From Eledone cirrhosa (Eukaryota): a stretch of DNA of 64,000 nt. Shown here piece after piece: positions 12,793 through 25,740 of the stretch. Made by a program: the position numbers and the translations under genes. The stretch covers positions 263,872,001 through 263,936,000 of the forward strand of contig OZ024741.1 in NCBI GenBank assembly GCA_964016885.1, written 5' to 3'. The notes under the pieces are model-generated. The model had not been told where the DNA came from, searched no databases, and worked only from the letters and a program-made list of their open reading frames with translations. Positions within the stretch are counted from its first letter, which is position 1. The number at the start of each line of letters is the position of its first letter.

Positions 12793-13470
12793 AATAATAA
12801 CAACAACAACAACGACAACAACACCAACAACGGCACCAACAACGACAACAACAACAACGACAACAACAACAACTATAACAACAGCAACAACCACAGCAAC
12901 AACAACTACAACAACAACGACAACGACAAATACAACGACAACAACAACAACGACAAATACAACAACAACGATAACAACAACAACCACAGCAACAACGACA
13001 ACGACAACGACAACAACGACAAATACAACAACAACGACAACAACAACAACGACAAATACAACAACAACAACGACAAATACAACAACAACGACAAATACAA
13101 CAACGACAACGACAAATACAACAACAACGACGACAACGACAACGACAACAACAACAACAACGACAAATACAACAACAACAAGAACACCACCACCACCAAC
13201 AACAAGAACACCACCACCACCAACAACGACAACGACAACGACAACAACAACAAGGACAACAACAACAACTACAACAACAAAAACGACGACGACAACAACC
13301 ACACCAACAAGTACACCAACAACAACACCAACAAGTACACCACCAACAACAACAACGACAACAACAACAACTACAACAACAAAAAACGACAACAACAACA
13401 CCAACAAGTACACCACCAACAACAACAACAACAAGTACACCAACAACAACAACAAGTACACCAATAACGA
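12793..13470. repeat. (ACA/ACG)n trinucleotide-type repeat
   Basis: Low-complexity tract producing the poly-Thr and poly-Val ORFs. Confidence 0.92.
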
Positions 13471-13779
13471 TGACTGTACTCAGTACACACGTTACGCTGT
13501 TGATGTAGAAAACTAAAAAATAAAGAAACTATTGTAAATCTGTTAACTTCAATCAACCCACACCTTCCTAGACACTCTAAAATGGCGTCCACGTTGAACA
13601 CACTGGTTATGGTGATACGCCCTACAGAAATGCCACACTATTTCTAATAATGCCATCCTCTATTCCTTCCCTTCTGCCATTTTTCTCTAATCTTGCTAAT
13701 TCAGATACATTCTTCTACAATTATTTACTGAAATATGTTCCTTCTTCTGTATTAAAAATGGACCTTGTCATTTATACAC

Positions 13780-13871
13780 GTAGACAGCATATAGACACAT
13801 AACACACACACAGCTTATAGACACACACACACACACACAGCTTATAGACACATAACACAGACACACACACA

Positions 13872-13961
<90 letters not shown>

Positions 13962-14021
13962 ACACAGCTTATAGACACATAACACAGACACACACACACA
14001 CACAACACAGCTTATAGACAC

Positions 14022-14055
<34 letters not shown>

Positions 14056-14080
14056 ACAGAACTTATAGACACATAACACA

Positions 14081-14138
<58 letters not shown>

Positions 14139-14487
14139 ACACAGCTTATAGACACATAACACACACACAACACAACTTATAGACACATAACACAGACACA
14201 CACACACACACACACACAGCTTATAGACACATAACACACAGACACACACACACACACAGAGTACACATACATACAGACATACACACAGAGAACACAGCTC
14301 ATAGATGCATACACACAGAGTACGCAGCACATAGACAAATAACATACACATACACACACACACAGAACACAGCTCATAGACACATACACACACACATAGA
14401 CACAGAGTACGCAGCACATAGACAAATAACATACACATATACATACACACCGAGTATACGGCACTTAGACAAATAACACACACACAC
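13780..14487. repeat. CA-rich minisatellite with recurring CAGCTTATAGACACATAACAC motif
   Basis: Motif recurs about 10 times between variable (CA)n tracts. Confidence 0.85.
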
Positions 14488-14532
14488 CGAAAGGCAGGAA
14501 AACTGACGCAGAGATAAAATCAATGAAAAACA

Positions 14533-15060
14533 AATAATTGTTTCTGCTTTAGGCACAAGGCCAGCAATTAACCAGTGTATTACTGGTACTTTATTTTATC
14601 GACCCCATAAGGATGAAAGGCAAAGTCAACCTCGGCGGAAACAAATAATGGTTTCTTATATAGGCAAGAGGCCAGCAATTTTGGGGGAGGGGAAAGTCGA
14701 TTAAATCGACCCCAGTGCGTGACTAGTACTTTATTTTATCGACCCAAAAGGATGAAAGTTAAACTTAACCTCCGCGGGATTTGAACTCAGATCATAAAAG
14801 GCCGTAACTCTATGCTTGCAAAGCATGCTGTCCGACGTTCTACCGATATTGCCAAACCACCGCCCTAATGAAAAACAAATAATTGTTTCTACTTTTGGCA
14901 CAAGGCCAGCAATTATCCCAGTGTATTACTGGTACTTTATTTTATCGACCCTGTAAGGATGAAAGGCAAAGTAAACCTCGGCGGGAATTGAACTCAGATC
15001 GTAAAGGTACGTAACTATGCTGGAAAGCATATCCGACCCTCTACCGATACTGCCAAAACA
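14533..15060 (-). mobile_element. Tandem cluster of three copies of the abundant SINE
   Basis: Three successive TTTTATCGACCC...GGATGAAAG cores. Confidence 0.85.
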
Positions 15061-15130
15061 AATAATGAAAGACATTGATACAAAAAATGTGTATTTTTAC
15101 AGTTTTTACACAGAGACATACGATATTAAT

Positions 15131-15430
15131 ATGGCGAACTGGTAGAGTCGTTAGAACGTCAGATAGAATACTTTGTGGTATTCTTTTCGGCTCTCAGCTC
15201 CCTGAGTTCAAATCCCGCCGAGGACAACTTTGTCTTTCATCCTTTCGAGGTCGCTAAAAAAAGTACCAGTATAGTACTGGGTCGATTCTTTCTCTATATC
15301 TCTTTCTCACTTCTCTCTTTCATTTTCTATCCTTCTCTGGAAGAAATCTGTTGTATTCAGACCTGGAGAGGGATGGGTTCCGCCAGGTTTAAAATGCCTT
15401 AGAAACGCCGTATGTCAATACGACGCCTTC
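15131..15430 (+). mobile_element. SINE subfamily with extended tail (...GGAAGAAATCTGYTGTATTCA...CGCCAGGTTTAAAATGCC...)
   Basis: tRNA head + core + distinct tail. Relatives at ~22080-22400(-), 27060-27680(+), 32770-33010(+) and 44540-44750(-). Confidence 0.75.
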
Positions 15431-15444
15431 AGGAATGACGGAAC

Positions 15445-15638
15445 TTATTCCTGAGGGAGTCGTGGGGACAGAGACCTCAAACACTCCTCTCAGTAGGTCC
15501 TGTCAGAAGCAACCGTATTCAACTGATCCAGCTGGATCCCCAAGCGAGACCAGCTAAGCTCATGGATGTTATCCAACCATTTTGCTCAGGGGTCTACCCT
15601 TGGTTCACATATCGGTTGGTTTTTCCCGTAAAATTTGT
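15445..15638 (-). mobile_element. RTE-clade LINE 3' end
   Basis: Degenerate RP.GRP..RW region. Homologous pieces at 21350-21720, 21770-21930, 26140-26340, 31785-32165 and 55060-55130. Confidence 0.8.
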
Positions 15639-16836
15639 CCAGTGATTCTTTCCTGTGACATTCTAACCACATGTCTGTAATATCGGAGCTGTGATCTCTC
15701 AATTCGGAGAAGAAGCAGCTATACCTGGAGTGACTCCACTGATTCTTTCCTGTGACATTCTAACCACATGTCTGTAATATCGGAGCTGTGGTCTCTCAAT
15801 TTGGAGAAGTAGCAGCTATACCTGGAGTGACTCCAGTGATTCTTTCCTGAGACATTCTAACCACATGTCTGTAATATCGGAGCTGTGATCTCTCAATTCG
15901 GAGAAGAAGCAGCTATACCTGGAGTGACTCCACTGATTCTTTCCTGTGACATTCTAACCACATGTCTGTAATATCGGAGCTGTGGTCTCTCAATTCGGAG
16001 AAGTAGCAGCTATACCTGGAGTGACTCCAGTGATTCTTTCCTGAGACATTCTAACCACATGTCTGTAATATCGGAGCTGTGATCTCTCAATTCGGAGAAG
16101 TAGCAGCTATATCTGGAGTGACTCCAATGATTCTTTCCTGAGACATTCTAACCACATGTCTGTAATATCGGAGCTGTGGTCTCTCAATTCGGAGAAGTAG
16201 CAGCTATATCTGGAGTGACTCCAGTGATTCTTTCCTGAGACATTCTAACCACATGTCTGTAATATCGGAGCTGTGGTCTCTCAATTCGGAGAAGTAGCAG
16301 CTATATCTGGAGTGACTCCAGTGATTCTTTCCTGAGACATTCTAACCACATGTCTGTAATATCGGAGCTGTGATCTCTCAATTCGGAGAAGTAGCAGCTA
16401 TACATGGAGTGACTCCAGTGATTCTTTCCTGAGACATTCTAACCACATGTCTGTAATATCGGAGCTGTGGTCTCTCAATTCGGAGAAGTAGCGGCTCAAC
16501 CTGGAGTGACTCCAGTGATTCTTTCCTGTGACATTCTAACCACATGTCTGTAATATCGGAGCTGTGATCTCTCAATTCGGAGAAGTAGCAGCTATACATG
16601 GAGTGACTCCAGTGATTCTTTCCTGAGACATTCTAACCACATGTCTGTAATATCGGAGCTGTGGTCTCTCAATTCGGAGAAGTAGCGGCTCAACCTGGAG
16701 TGACTCCAGTGATTCTTTCCTGTGACATTCTAACCACATGTCTGTAATATCGGAGCTGTGATCTCTCAATTCGGAGAAGTAGCAACTCTACCTGGAGTGA
16801 CTCCAGTGATTCTTTCCTGAGACATTCTATCCACAT
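15639..16836 (-). repeat. 97-bp tandem satellite (~12.3 copies) derived from RTE C-terminal coding sequence
   Basis: Unit starts at 15639, 15736 ... 16803. Minus strand reads LQVEPLLLRIERSQLRYYRHVVRMSQERI. Confidence 0.92.
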
Positions 16837-17384
16837 CCCCAAAATACAAAAAAAAAAGCAAAACAAACCAAACTCCAAAAGACCTGCCCCTCCACCACCA
16901 CCCAAACCCTGTCCACCCCCTATACACTAAGTCTACTTAATTATACGAAGAGTTTAAATTGCTGTAAGCTTGTCATAAAGCAAGAGTTAGTTTCTGCCGA
17001 TTACATCGCTAAACAGTTGTATAAATAATATTACAAATATTGATGGGAATATGTAACAAAAACCTAAGGCTAAAAAGCTAGAAACAAAACCAAGCAATGA
17101 ACAGAGGATGGAGGAGGGCGAGTGAGGGTAAAGAAGGGCAGATCTGGATGTATAGGAAAGTAGAGGAAAGGAAATTGTATTGACAGGTTTATATACTTCG
17201 TTAACGATCAAATATTAGTATTGGACGAATCAGTTCAGCTTAAACTATACCGAAGAGAAGGAGATAGAAATACGGTTTGGTAATTTGGTTATAAAGACAC
17301 TCGAACACATGTACACACACACATGTACACAGACATGTACACACACACAGAGGCACACACGCACACACACATACACACACACAC

Positions 17385-17415
<31 letters not shown>

Positions 17416-17429
17416 TATATATACATATA

Positions 17430-17489
<60 letters not shown>

Positions 17490-17505
17490 TATATCTATAT
17501 ATATG

Positions 17506-17536
<31 letters not shown>

Positions 17537-17959
17537 ATATTACACAGGCACATACACACATGTACACACACACATTCGCATACACACACATGCACAAACG
17601 TATGCACACATGTACACATACGTCTCTAAGTAAGCGTGTAAGCATGCATATTTTAAATGTCTGACTGCAAATAAATACATTCATATATGTATGAAAGACA
17701 AGTATATTGTGATGAAATGGTTGTATAAAATACAAGCTGCTGTCACAAATAGTTGTCCAAGACAGCTACTACATGTTTAACTAACCAGATACCAAGATTT
17801 GATGCTAATACTGGCAATATCATCAAAGATAATTTAGAGTCCAATTCCATAGGAGACATTTTTTTCATTTCCTTAATGCAAATGAATTCAGAGCTCAACT
17901 TTGAGCCATTGATTTTATACACAGACAGAGAAGTATCTGTGTATCGAACCTCACTCAAG

Positions 17960-18230
17960 TCTAAAGTCTGTCTTGAGCGCGACGGCTCATCAGACCGGTG
18001 TTTATTTCAGGTTTCCGTGGTATGAAGCGACTGAGAGTATAAGACAGGACACCAGTCCATTGTAAGGTTAAACCCCCAATTACTACTGGTATTCATTTTT
18101 ATCTGAATATACTGGAGCAAGGTGAAATGAAGTCATTGCTCAAGAACACAGCACAACCCAGTCCAGGAATCGAACCCACGACATTATGATCGTAAGTCCA
18201 ACACTCCTTGCCACTAGGTCTCATGCCACT
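17960..18230 (-). mobile_element. tRNA-derived SINE, second family
   Basis: Minus strand GGGTTCGATTCCTGG..GTTCTTGAGCAA..AACCTTACAATGGACTGGTGTCC. Relatives at 20170-20335, 36553-36770 and 48080-48415. Confidence 0.75.
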
Positions 18231-18441
18231 AAATCCAGTACAAATATGGACATACATCTGTTACTTCTGCGAGATTATTTGCAAATCGGTTGCCGGATGA
18301 AGAGTCACCTCTGTGCACTTGGGAGGGTAGTGTAAACCTCTTGCTTGAGTGATCGAGATGATGTTGAGCAGGATATCATCTGACAAGATGACAGCCGTCT
18401 TATATATATATATATATGATATACATTACAAGGATATAATG

Positions 18442-18480
<39 letters not shown>

Positions 18481-18483
<3 letters not shown>

Positions 18484-18658
18484 AACGAGTAGGACCCCGA
18501 CGGCTGAGCTCAAGCCGTTTCGACGGCTAATTCCGTCGAAACGGCTTGAGTTCAGCCGTCGGGGTCGTACTCGTTCCTATTACCCACTCTACTACCCTAA
18601 GTATTGAGTACTTTGGTGCTTTATGGTCCACCTGGTTCCTTACCACATTTCTTCCGTT
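18481..18658 (+). mobile_element. Fold-back mini-element in (TA)n
   Basis: Same family as 11432 and 62856, with a shorter hairpin centre. Confidence 0.75.
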
Positions 18659-18751
18659 ATATATATATATATATATATACTATAAATTATGTCCATAGAA
18701 TCATTTGATAAGATATATACTCCATTTCCTCTCCCAATAACCATAATTAAC

Positions 18752-18815
<64 letters not shown>

Positions 18816-18829
18816 TACATATATATGAA

Positions 18830-18861
<32 letters not shown>

Positions 18862-19067
18862 AGTATGTATACGTACATGCATATATGTATACAGACGTAC
18901 AGTAGTATCTATATATATACATACATGCACACATACATATAAATGTACGTATGGATTTAACGAACATTTATTATAATGCTCGGTTTGTTTGTAAACAAAC
19001 ATCCCGTATTAAGCCGTACAGTGTTTAGCAACCATTGTTGCCCTTTTGTTCAACACTGACAAAGGAT

Positions 19068-19108
19068 CGATGTACTAGTTTCAAGCTTATTAGCTATCGT
19101 CAGCACCG
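19068..19108 (-). ncRNA. Minimal type I hammerhead ribozyme
   Basis: CGGUG-CUGACGA-U AGCU aaua AGCU U-GAAA-CUAG-UA^CAUCG. Confidence 0.82.
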
Positions 19109-19347
19109 TATACCTTCCTGCCAGATGATTGAACGTCTGAAAGTATATACTTTCCTTATGCATATTAACGGCTGAGCAGCCTAATTTGCATATCGAGTGA
19201 GTTAATCGGTCGGGCGCACCGAAAACGATAAATTGAAAAAATGAAACGAAATTTCATTTCTCACTCTTAGTACGGCTGTTACTTAAATATAAGTATGTAT
19301 ACGGTGTATATACTTTCAGACGTTCAATCATCTGGCAGGAAGGTATA

Positions 19348-19388
19348 CGTTGCTGACAATAGCTAATAAACTTGAAACTAGTACAACG
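19348..19388 (+). ncRNA. Hammerhead copy with core mutation (CUGACAA)
   Basis: CGUUG-CUGACAA-...-GAAA-CUAG-UA^CAACG. Stem I covaries with the 19068 copy. Confidence 0.65.
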
Positions 19389-19688
19389 TTCCTTTGTCAG
19401 TGTTGAACAAAAGGGCAACAATGGTTGCTAAACACTATACGGCTTAATTCGGGATGTTTGTTTACAAACAGACCGAGCATTATAATAAATGTTCGGTAAA
19501 TCCATACGTACATATATATGTGTGTGCATGTATGTATATATATATATATACATACTACTGTACGTCTGTATATATATATGTATGTACGTATACATACTTA
19601 TATTTAAGTAACAGCCGTACTAAGAGTGGGAAATGAAATTTCGTTTCATTTTTTCCATTTATATATATATATAAGTACATATATATGA

Positions 19689-19724
<36 letters not shown>

Positions 19725-20334
19725 ACACACACACATACAAACATGATGTATATAGAGATATTATCTATGTTCTGATATGTTCCAACTGTTCTACCAAACG
19801 GAACAGCAGCATCTGATTAAATAATTCCCTAAGAGAAATTTCTGGTGTAGACAAATTATTTGGATAAACATATCCGGCATGCCTGTGAATTTAGGCTGTT
19901 TCTATCTCCAACCTTATCGTTTCTACCTGATATAGAATGTGATCTACGGACTCCCCCGCCGAGAAAGACGTATAAGAGACCAAATGATTAATCAACTCAA
20001 CCCCATACGCATTGAATTAGAGTACAAAGTGGTTGGGTATTTCAAGAAAATGTCTACTTTTAACGTAATTTCCATGTCGAATCTACGTAATAAAGGTAGC
20101 ACCTCTGAATTATATAGGTTTCTATTCTCTTTCTGTCAACCTAATTTAATCACAAGTCTGTCTCGAACCTAGAGGCTCATCAGGTCGATCTTTATCCTCG
20201 GTTTCCCTGGCATTAAGCTACTGAGAGTGCATGACTCTCCCTGGATAGGACGCTGGTTTATCGCAGGATAAACTCCCCAGCTATTTCTAGTACTCACTGT
20301 CACCTGAGTGTACTGGAACAACGTGAAATAAAGC

Positions 20335-20381
<47 letters not shown>

Positions 20382-20527
20382 TAAAGTGTTAAACGATATT
20401 CAATGATTATGTCAAAGAATGAGTTTTACAGTAGATTGGAAGCACTCTACGGTAAAAAATTATTTTCCGGAGTTATTAATATTAAAATATAAATATTAAT
20501 AAAATAGATGTTCTTTTTATCAATTAC

Positions 20528-20580
20528 ATTTTATTATACATATTTCGGATGTACAATAGTACGTCCTCATCAGACAAAAT
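20528..20580 (-). ncRNA. Type I hammerhead ribozyme in a short (TA)n-flanked element (~20375-20636)
   Basis: AUUUUGU-CUGAUGA-GGAcGUAC uauu GUACaUCC-GAAA-UAUGUA-UA^AUAAAAU. Confidence 0.82.
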
Positions 20581-20636
20581 ATAATGATACATGACATACC
20601 CTGAGATGTTAAATGGTTAAGATTTAATCAAGGTAG

Positions 20637-20716
<80 letters not shown>

Positions 20717-20841
20717 TATATAAAAATCCGTAAGGTAAATATTTATCATTAGTACATATTTAAAAGTTTAAGCAACAAATTACTGGTTTCACCTGCTTAG
20801 AGAGAAAGCAGTAATTTATTGCTTAAACTTTTAATCTGTAT

Positions 20842-20961
<120 letters not shown>

Positions 20962-21052
20962 GGCTTGTAAAAGGTAAACAGAATAACAACACAATCGGTA
21001 CACTATATGGAAGGGATATATTAGGTTAACGCTTGATATAGCAGGAAGAGGG

Positions 21053-21088
21053 TCTTAACGTTTCGGACATAGTCCTTCATCAGAAGAA
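21053..21088 (-). ncRNA. Minimal hammerhead-like motif
   Basis: UUCUU-CUGAUGA-A GGAC uau GUCC-GAAA-CG-UUA AGA. Palindromic AACGUU as stem III, weak stem I. Confidence 0.6.
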
Positions 21089-21349
21089 AGAATGAGAAAT
21101 AAGATAGATTGAGGTGACGGGCGGGATGGAATTGGAAAAAATGTCTTTAGATAAAAATAACAGGTCCATTCATGTTGACATATCTTGCAAAACTGTTAGT
21201 GTTGGCGTTTTGTGTATGATTTATTTTTTAGAAAAGTGGATGATGTTTTGTAGAAACACACACTATATAATAATATATATTTATATAGGGCTTTAAGAAT
21301 CGAGTGTTTGATGAGGACTTTTTTTTAAATGAATCTCAGCAACATATCA

Positions 21350-21930
21350 TATTACAGTCATGTGATTAGAATGTCTCAGGAAAGAATCGTTAGAAAATTA
21401 GAGTGTTTGGCTCGGAGAGAGTAACTCCAGGTAGAGCCTTTACTTCTCCGAATTGAGAGATCACGGCTGCGGTATTACGGACATGTGGTTAGAATGTCTC
21501 AGGAAAGAATCACTGGACAGATTTTACTGACACAACCAGCTTGTTGGAGACCCATGGGTAGACCCCGAATAAGATGGTTGGCTAACCCTCATAGTCTGGG
21601 TTGGTCACATTTGAGGATCCAGCCGGATTAATTGGAAACGGTAGCTTCTCACTGGACCCGCTTGAAGGCGTGTTTGGGGACACTGTCCCCACGACCCTCC
21701 CAGGAATAAGTGGGCGAAAAAGAAGTGTATATAGCTGCATCAGCCTTTCCTTTGGATAACATGATATATTACAGGATATGTTACAGGCGAAGCCAACTGG
21801 CAGGAGACCTCGAGATAACCTCTAGCAAAATGGTTGGATAACATTCATGGGCTCGGCAGGTCTCGGTTGGGGATCCAGTTGGATTAACTGGAGACCGTTG
21901 CTTCTGACAGGACCTAGAAATAAGTGGGCG
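21350..21930 (+). mobile_element. RTE-clade LINE 3' fragments with partial internal duplications
   Basis: LQVEPLLLRIERSRLRYYGHVVRMSQERITGQIL, same family as the 97-bp satellite. Confidence 0.8.
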
Positions 21931-22552
21931 AAGAAGAAAGAAAGAAGAATCTCTGCAAGAAACCTTTAATATCAACAAACAATAAACACGTCGAAGCAGG
22001 TTCGAATCTTAAATGTGCTCTAATTTGTTTTTTGTTGTTTTTGTTGGGGATTTCAACACAAAGCGCATAGCATGCATATATGGTGCCGTAATTCCCGCAG
22101 GAGTCGTAGGAGCCTGGTATTAACATACGTCATTTCTAGGGCATTTTAAAACCTGGCGGAGCGCAATCCTCTGCAAATCTGAGTATAGCAGATTTCTTCC
22201 AGAGAAAGATAGTGAGATAAGGAGATACAAGGGAATCAACCCCAGTACTAGACTGGTACTTTTAAATCGACCTCAAAAGGATGAAAGGCAAAGTTGACCT
22301 CAGCGCGATTTGAACTCAGAGAGCAGATAACCGAAACAAATAACACAAAGTATTCTATTCGACGTTCCAACGACTCTGTCAATTCACCACCTTCAGAGCA
22401 AAGAACTGGAATAAATAGCACAACGCATTCTATCGGACGCTCTAACGACTTTGACGATCAACCACCGTAATTAAAAATGATAGAGAGATGTTAATGATAT
22501 AATATATTTTTGTTATTCTTTTAATACATCAGTTAAAAAAGTATTCGCCACT

Positions 22553-22860
22553 ACCAACTTACTCTCCGCCTCAGGGACCCGGCCGACATGATGGAGAATG
22601 CAGTGTCCCGGAGGGCGACGAGGGAAACGTGCTGGAACAGCCACTCCACCTCGCATGTCTCACACCTGTGGGCAGCCAACTCCACTCCAATAGCAGTGAG
22701 TAGGGTTGTTGTCTGGGGAGCTACAGACTTTACCACAAACTTATCAGAGAGCAGCCGACACTTGGACAGTTTTTCCCTTTTCGGCTTGGCGGACTGCAGG
22801 GCCTAGGCTGGTAGCCGAACGCACTAGGTGGCCACTTGAGTAGGGGTCAAAGCATGTAGT
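22553..22860 (-). mobile_element. CRE-like non-LTR retrotransposon 3' fragment (RLE endonuclease C-terminus)
   Basis: AEK..KLSKCRLLSDKFVVKSVAPQT...EVEWLFQHVSLVALRDTAFSIM resembles the CRE-clade ending AE..K..KY..L....P.A.ET...LFQR.S.A..RGNA.SI. Confidence 0.65.
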
Positions 22861-23214
22861 TGAAAGAAACTTTCTCTAATTGTGAACACCTCACACAGAT
22901 ACAGATTTGAAAAAATGCAATGCAGGGAAGGAAAGAAGGATTTTGAAAAAAACAAACAAACATAAAAATGATATTGGCCTGCTGGTAAATATCTTATACA
23001 GATGGAGAATATGTTGCAAAGAAGTTAGATACACTGTAAAAAAAACTTCTAGAAAGCTGGACTTAGAGAGATGTAAGAAGCAAACATAATCTGCCATGTT
23101 TGATAGATTGGGAAATAGCCCAAGCTCTAGAAATTGTTGATATGATTGAACACGTTTTAGCACTTAAAATTCCGATTTAGTATAGCTTGATTATATTTGG
23201 TGAGTGTAAATAAT

Positions 23215-23247
<33 letters not shown>

Positions 23248-23490
23248 TATATATATAAATAGATATAGATAGATAGATATTTCGTTTCTGAATTTGTTTA
23301 GCAAGATTCTTTATCTGAAAACGTGTGTTGAAACCGATATTGTTATACTTTGGGAGGGTCATGTTGCCAATAAGAAACACACGCACCAGTTGCTTTCACT
23401 TCAATGTATTATAATAAATTTATAAATTTAGGAATTTATAAATTTCCGGTTGGTTGGTTGGTTCCACAACCTGATGATTGTTTATATATT

Positions 23491-23533
23491 GTCAAAGTTC
23501 TTTCGTCACACTTTCTGTGACCTCTTCAGTGAC
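23491..23533 (-). ncRNA. Type I hammerhead ribozyme
   Basis: GUCA-CUGAAGA-G GUCACA gaaag UGUGAC-GAAA-GAAC-UU^UGAC. Confidence 0.8.
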
Positions 23534-23628
23534 TGGGATTCTTTTCTTTGTTTTTGTGCTTCTCCTTTGTTCTGTCATGGCGTAGGACAGAACAAAGGAG
23601 AGGCACAAAAACAAAGAAAAGAATCCCA

Positions 23629-23671
23629 GTCACTGAAGAGGTCACATAATGTGTGACGAAAGAACTTTGAC
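23629..23671 (+). ncRNA. Type I hammerhead ribozyme, inverted sister copy
   Basis: GUCA-CUGAAGA-G GUCACA uaaug UGUGAC-GAAA-GAAC-UU^UGAC. Differs from its sister only in loop II. Confidence 0.8.
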
Positions 23672-24130
23672 AATATATAAACAATCATTTGGTTGTGGAA
23701 CCAACCAACCAGCCGGAAATTTATAAATTCCTAAATTTATAAATTTATTATAATAAATTGAAGTGAAAGCAACTGGTGCGTGTGTTTCTTATTGGCAACA
23801 TGACCCTCCCAAAGTATAACAATATATATAGAAAGTGTAATAAACACGGGTGTGTATGATTGTGTATAGAAGATCATATTAATAAAAGGAATTCCAACTT
23901 TGTCTGATTTACTCGTTTTATTTACAATCCTTTAAAATGTATAATGGTATTAGAATGAAATAGTATGGTAGAATATTAAATGTTAAGTGTTAATTGAACA
24001 AATACTTTCATACTTTCGCAATCTTCAGGTTCAATTGTGTGGTGACAGTCAACTTTGCAATTTTCAATACATGTGCATAGGTCGACTTTGCTTGCTCACA
24101 GCCAAAGCTTCGATTTTACTAAGCTTCCAC

Positions 24131-24192
<62 letters not shown>

Positions 24193-24213
24193 ATATATAT
24201 ATATATGTGTGTG

Positions 24214-24282
<69 letters not shown>

Positions 24283-24413
24283 TATTATTATTATCGAGGT
24301 TAACTTTGCCTTTCATCCTTACGGGGTCGATAAAATAAAGTACCAGTAATGTACTGGGTAATTGCTGGCCTTGTGCTTATAATAGAAACAATTATTATTA
24401 TTATATACATACA

Positions 24414-24470
<57 letters not shown>

Positions 24471-24838
24471 ATATACATACATATATATGTACACATATAT
24501 GTGTGTGTGTATGTATTTATATACGCGTGTATGTGTGTATGTATGTATACGTGTATGTGTTCGTGTGTGTGTGTGTCTGTTTTTTTTTCTTTTTCCGTCT
24601 ATGGCGGGCTTTTGAGGTTATGAAGCTGCCAAATTGCAAATAAATACATAAATTATGATAATAGTGGTGGTGGTGGTGATGGGGATGATGATGATGATGA
24701 TGGGTGGGAGTGGGAAGGATGCTGATTTTAGAAACTTAATTAATATATATATATATATATAAAGTTGTTATATAGTAAGGTGCATTGTGTATCTCCATAT
24801 TTTTTTTCCCTCATATCAAGAATTTGAAGAATTCATTT

Positions 24839-24912
24839 TCACCTGATGAGTTCAGTGATAATCGATCATGGCTTCACAATCGATCTATCTCTTATTGAAA
24901 CTTGTGTCGTGA
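24839..24912 (+). ncRNA. Hammerhead ribozyme in a (TA)n-flanked element (~24761-24955)
   Basis: UCAC-CUGAUGA-irregular long stem II-GAAA-CUUGUG-UC^GUGA. Confidence 0.65.
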
Positions 24913-24953
24913 TTAAATGATTGGAATTTTACCTTGCCTTCGGATTTTCATTT

Positions 24954-24996
<43 letters not shown>

Positions 24997-25075
24997 CGAT
25001 TCCATCTTTTTTTCTTTATACTTTCACTCGTGTAGAACACCTCGGTTATTTTTCATTTTGTAAAAAAAACCTCAC

Positions 25076-25145
<70 letters not shown>

Positions 25146-25284
25146 TATATTTTTTATCCTAATCGTTCTAGGGATTTTTTACCTGTTAAACTGCCATCGT
25201 ATTCCGAATTCTTCTAATTTGAGGGAAGTGTCATTCCTGAGAGTTTATAGTAGTAAGAATTCTTTCTTTCCTTCTTTCTTTCTA

Positions 25285-25740
25285 GCATTGGCACAAAGCC
25301 AGCAATTTGAAGGGGAAAGGGAAAGTCAGTTAAATCGACCCCAGCGTGTTACTGGTATTTTATTTTATCGACCCCGTTATGGTGACAGGCAAAGCTAACC
25401 TCGGCGGCATTTAAACTCAGAACATAAAGGGACGTAACTATATGTCGCAAAGCATGTTGTCCGACACTCTACCGATTGCTGCCATTCCACTACCCTTTTA
25501 CTATTACGAAATAATTGTTTCTACTGTAGGCTGAAGACCAGCAATTTGAAGGGGAGGGGAAAGGCAATTGCATCGGCACCAGGGTATTACTGGTACTTTA
25601 TTTTATCGACCCCGTAAGGATGAAAAATAAAGCTACTCTCGGCGGGATTTGAAATCAGTACGTAAAGGGCCGTGACTCTATACCATGAAGCATGGTGTCC
25701 AACGCCCTACCGATTTTGCCAATTCACCACCCTCGAAGTA
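25285..25740 (-). mobile_element. Two tandem copies of the abundant SINE
   Basis: Two complete head + core units. Confidence 0.85.

Larger units (their letters stand above)
18858..19660. mobile_element. Inverted pair of ~430-nt non-coding hammerhead-bearing units (pLTR or retrozyme-like)
   Basis: 19303-19660 is the reverse complement of part of the 18858-19302 unit. Homologous to 49692-50177. Flanked by (TA)n. Confidence 0.8.
23280..23826. mobile_element. Palindromic PLE pLTR pair (~240 bp arms) with one hammerhead per arm
   Basis: 23338-23575 is the reverse complement of ~23586-23823. Terminus GACCCTCCC.AAGTATAA is shared with the Naiad-like element ends at 58030 and 61150. Confidence 0.85.

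Noticed and set aside
12737-13516. 259-aa Thr-rich mucin-like ORF
   Set aside because: Starts inside a SINE at a non-ATG codon and consists of an (ACA)n repeat. No supporting exon evidence.
15639-16836. CRISPR-like array
   Set aside because: Contiguous 97-bp units without spacers, derived from a LINE.
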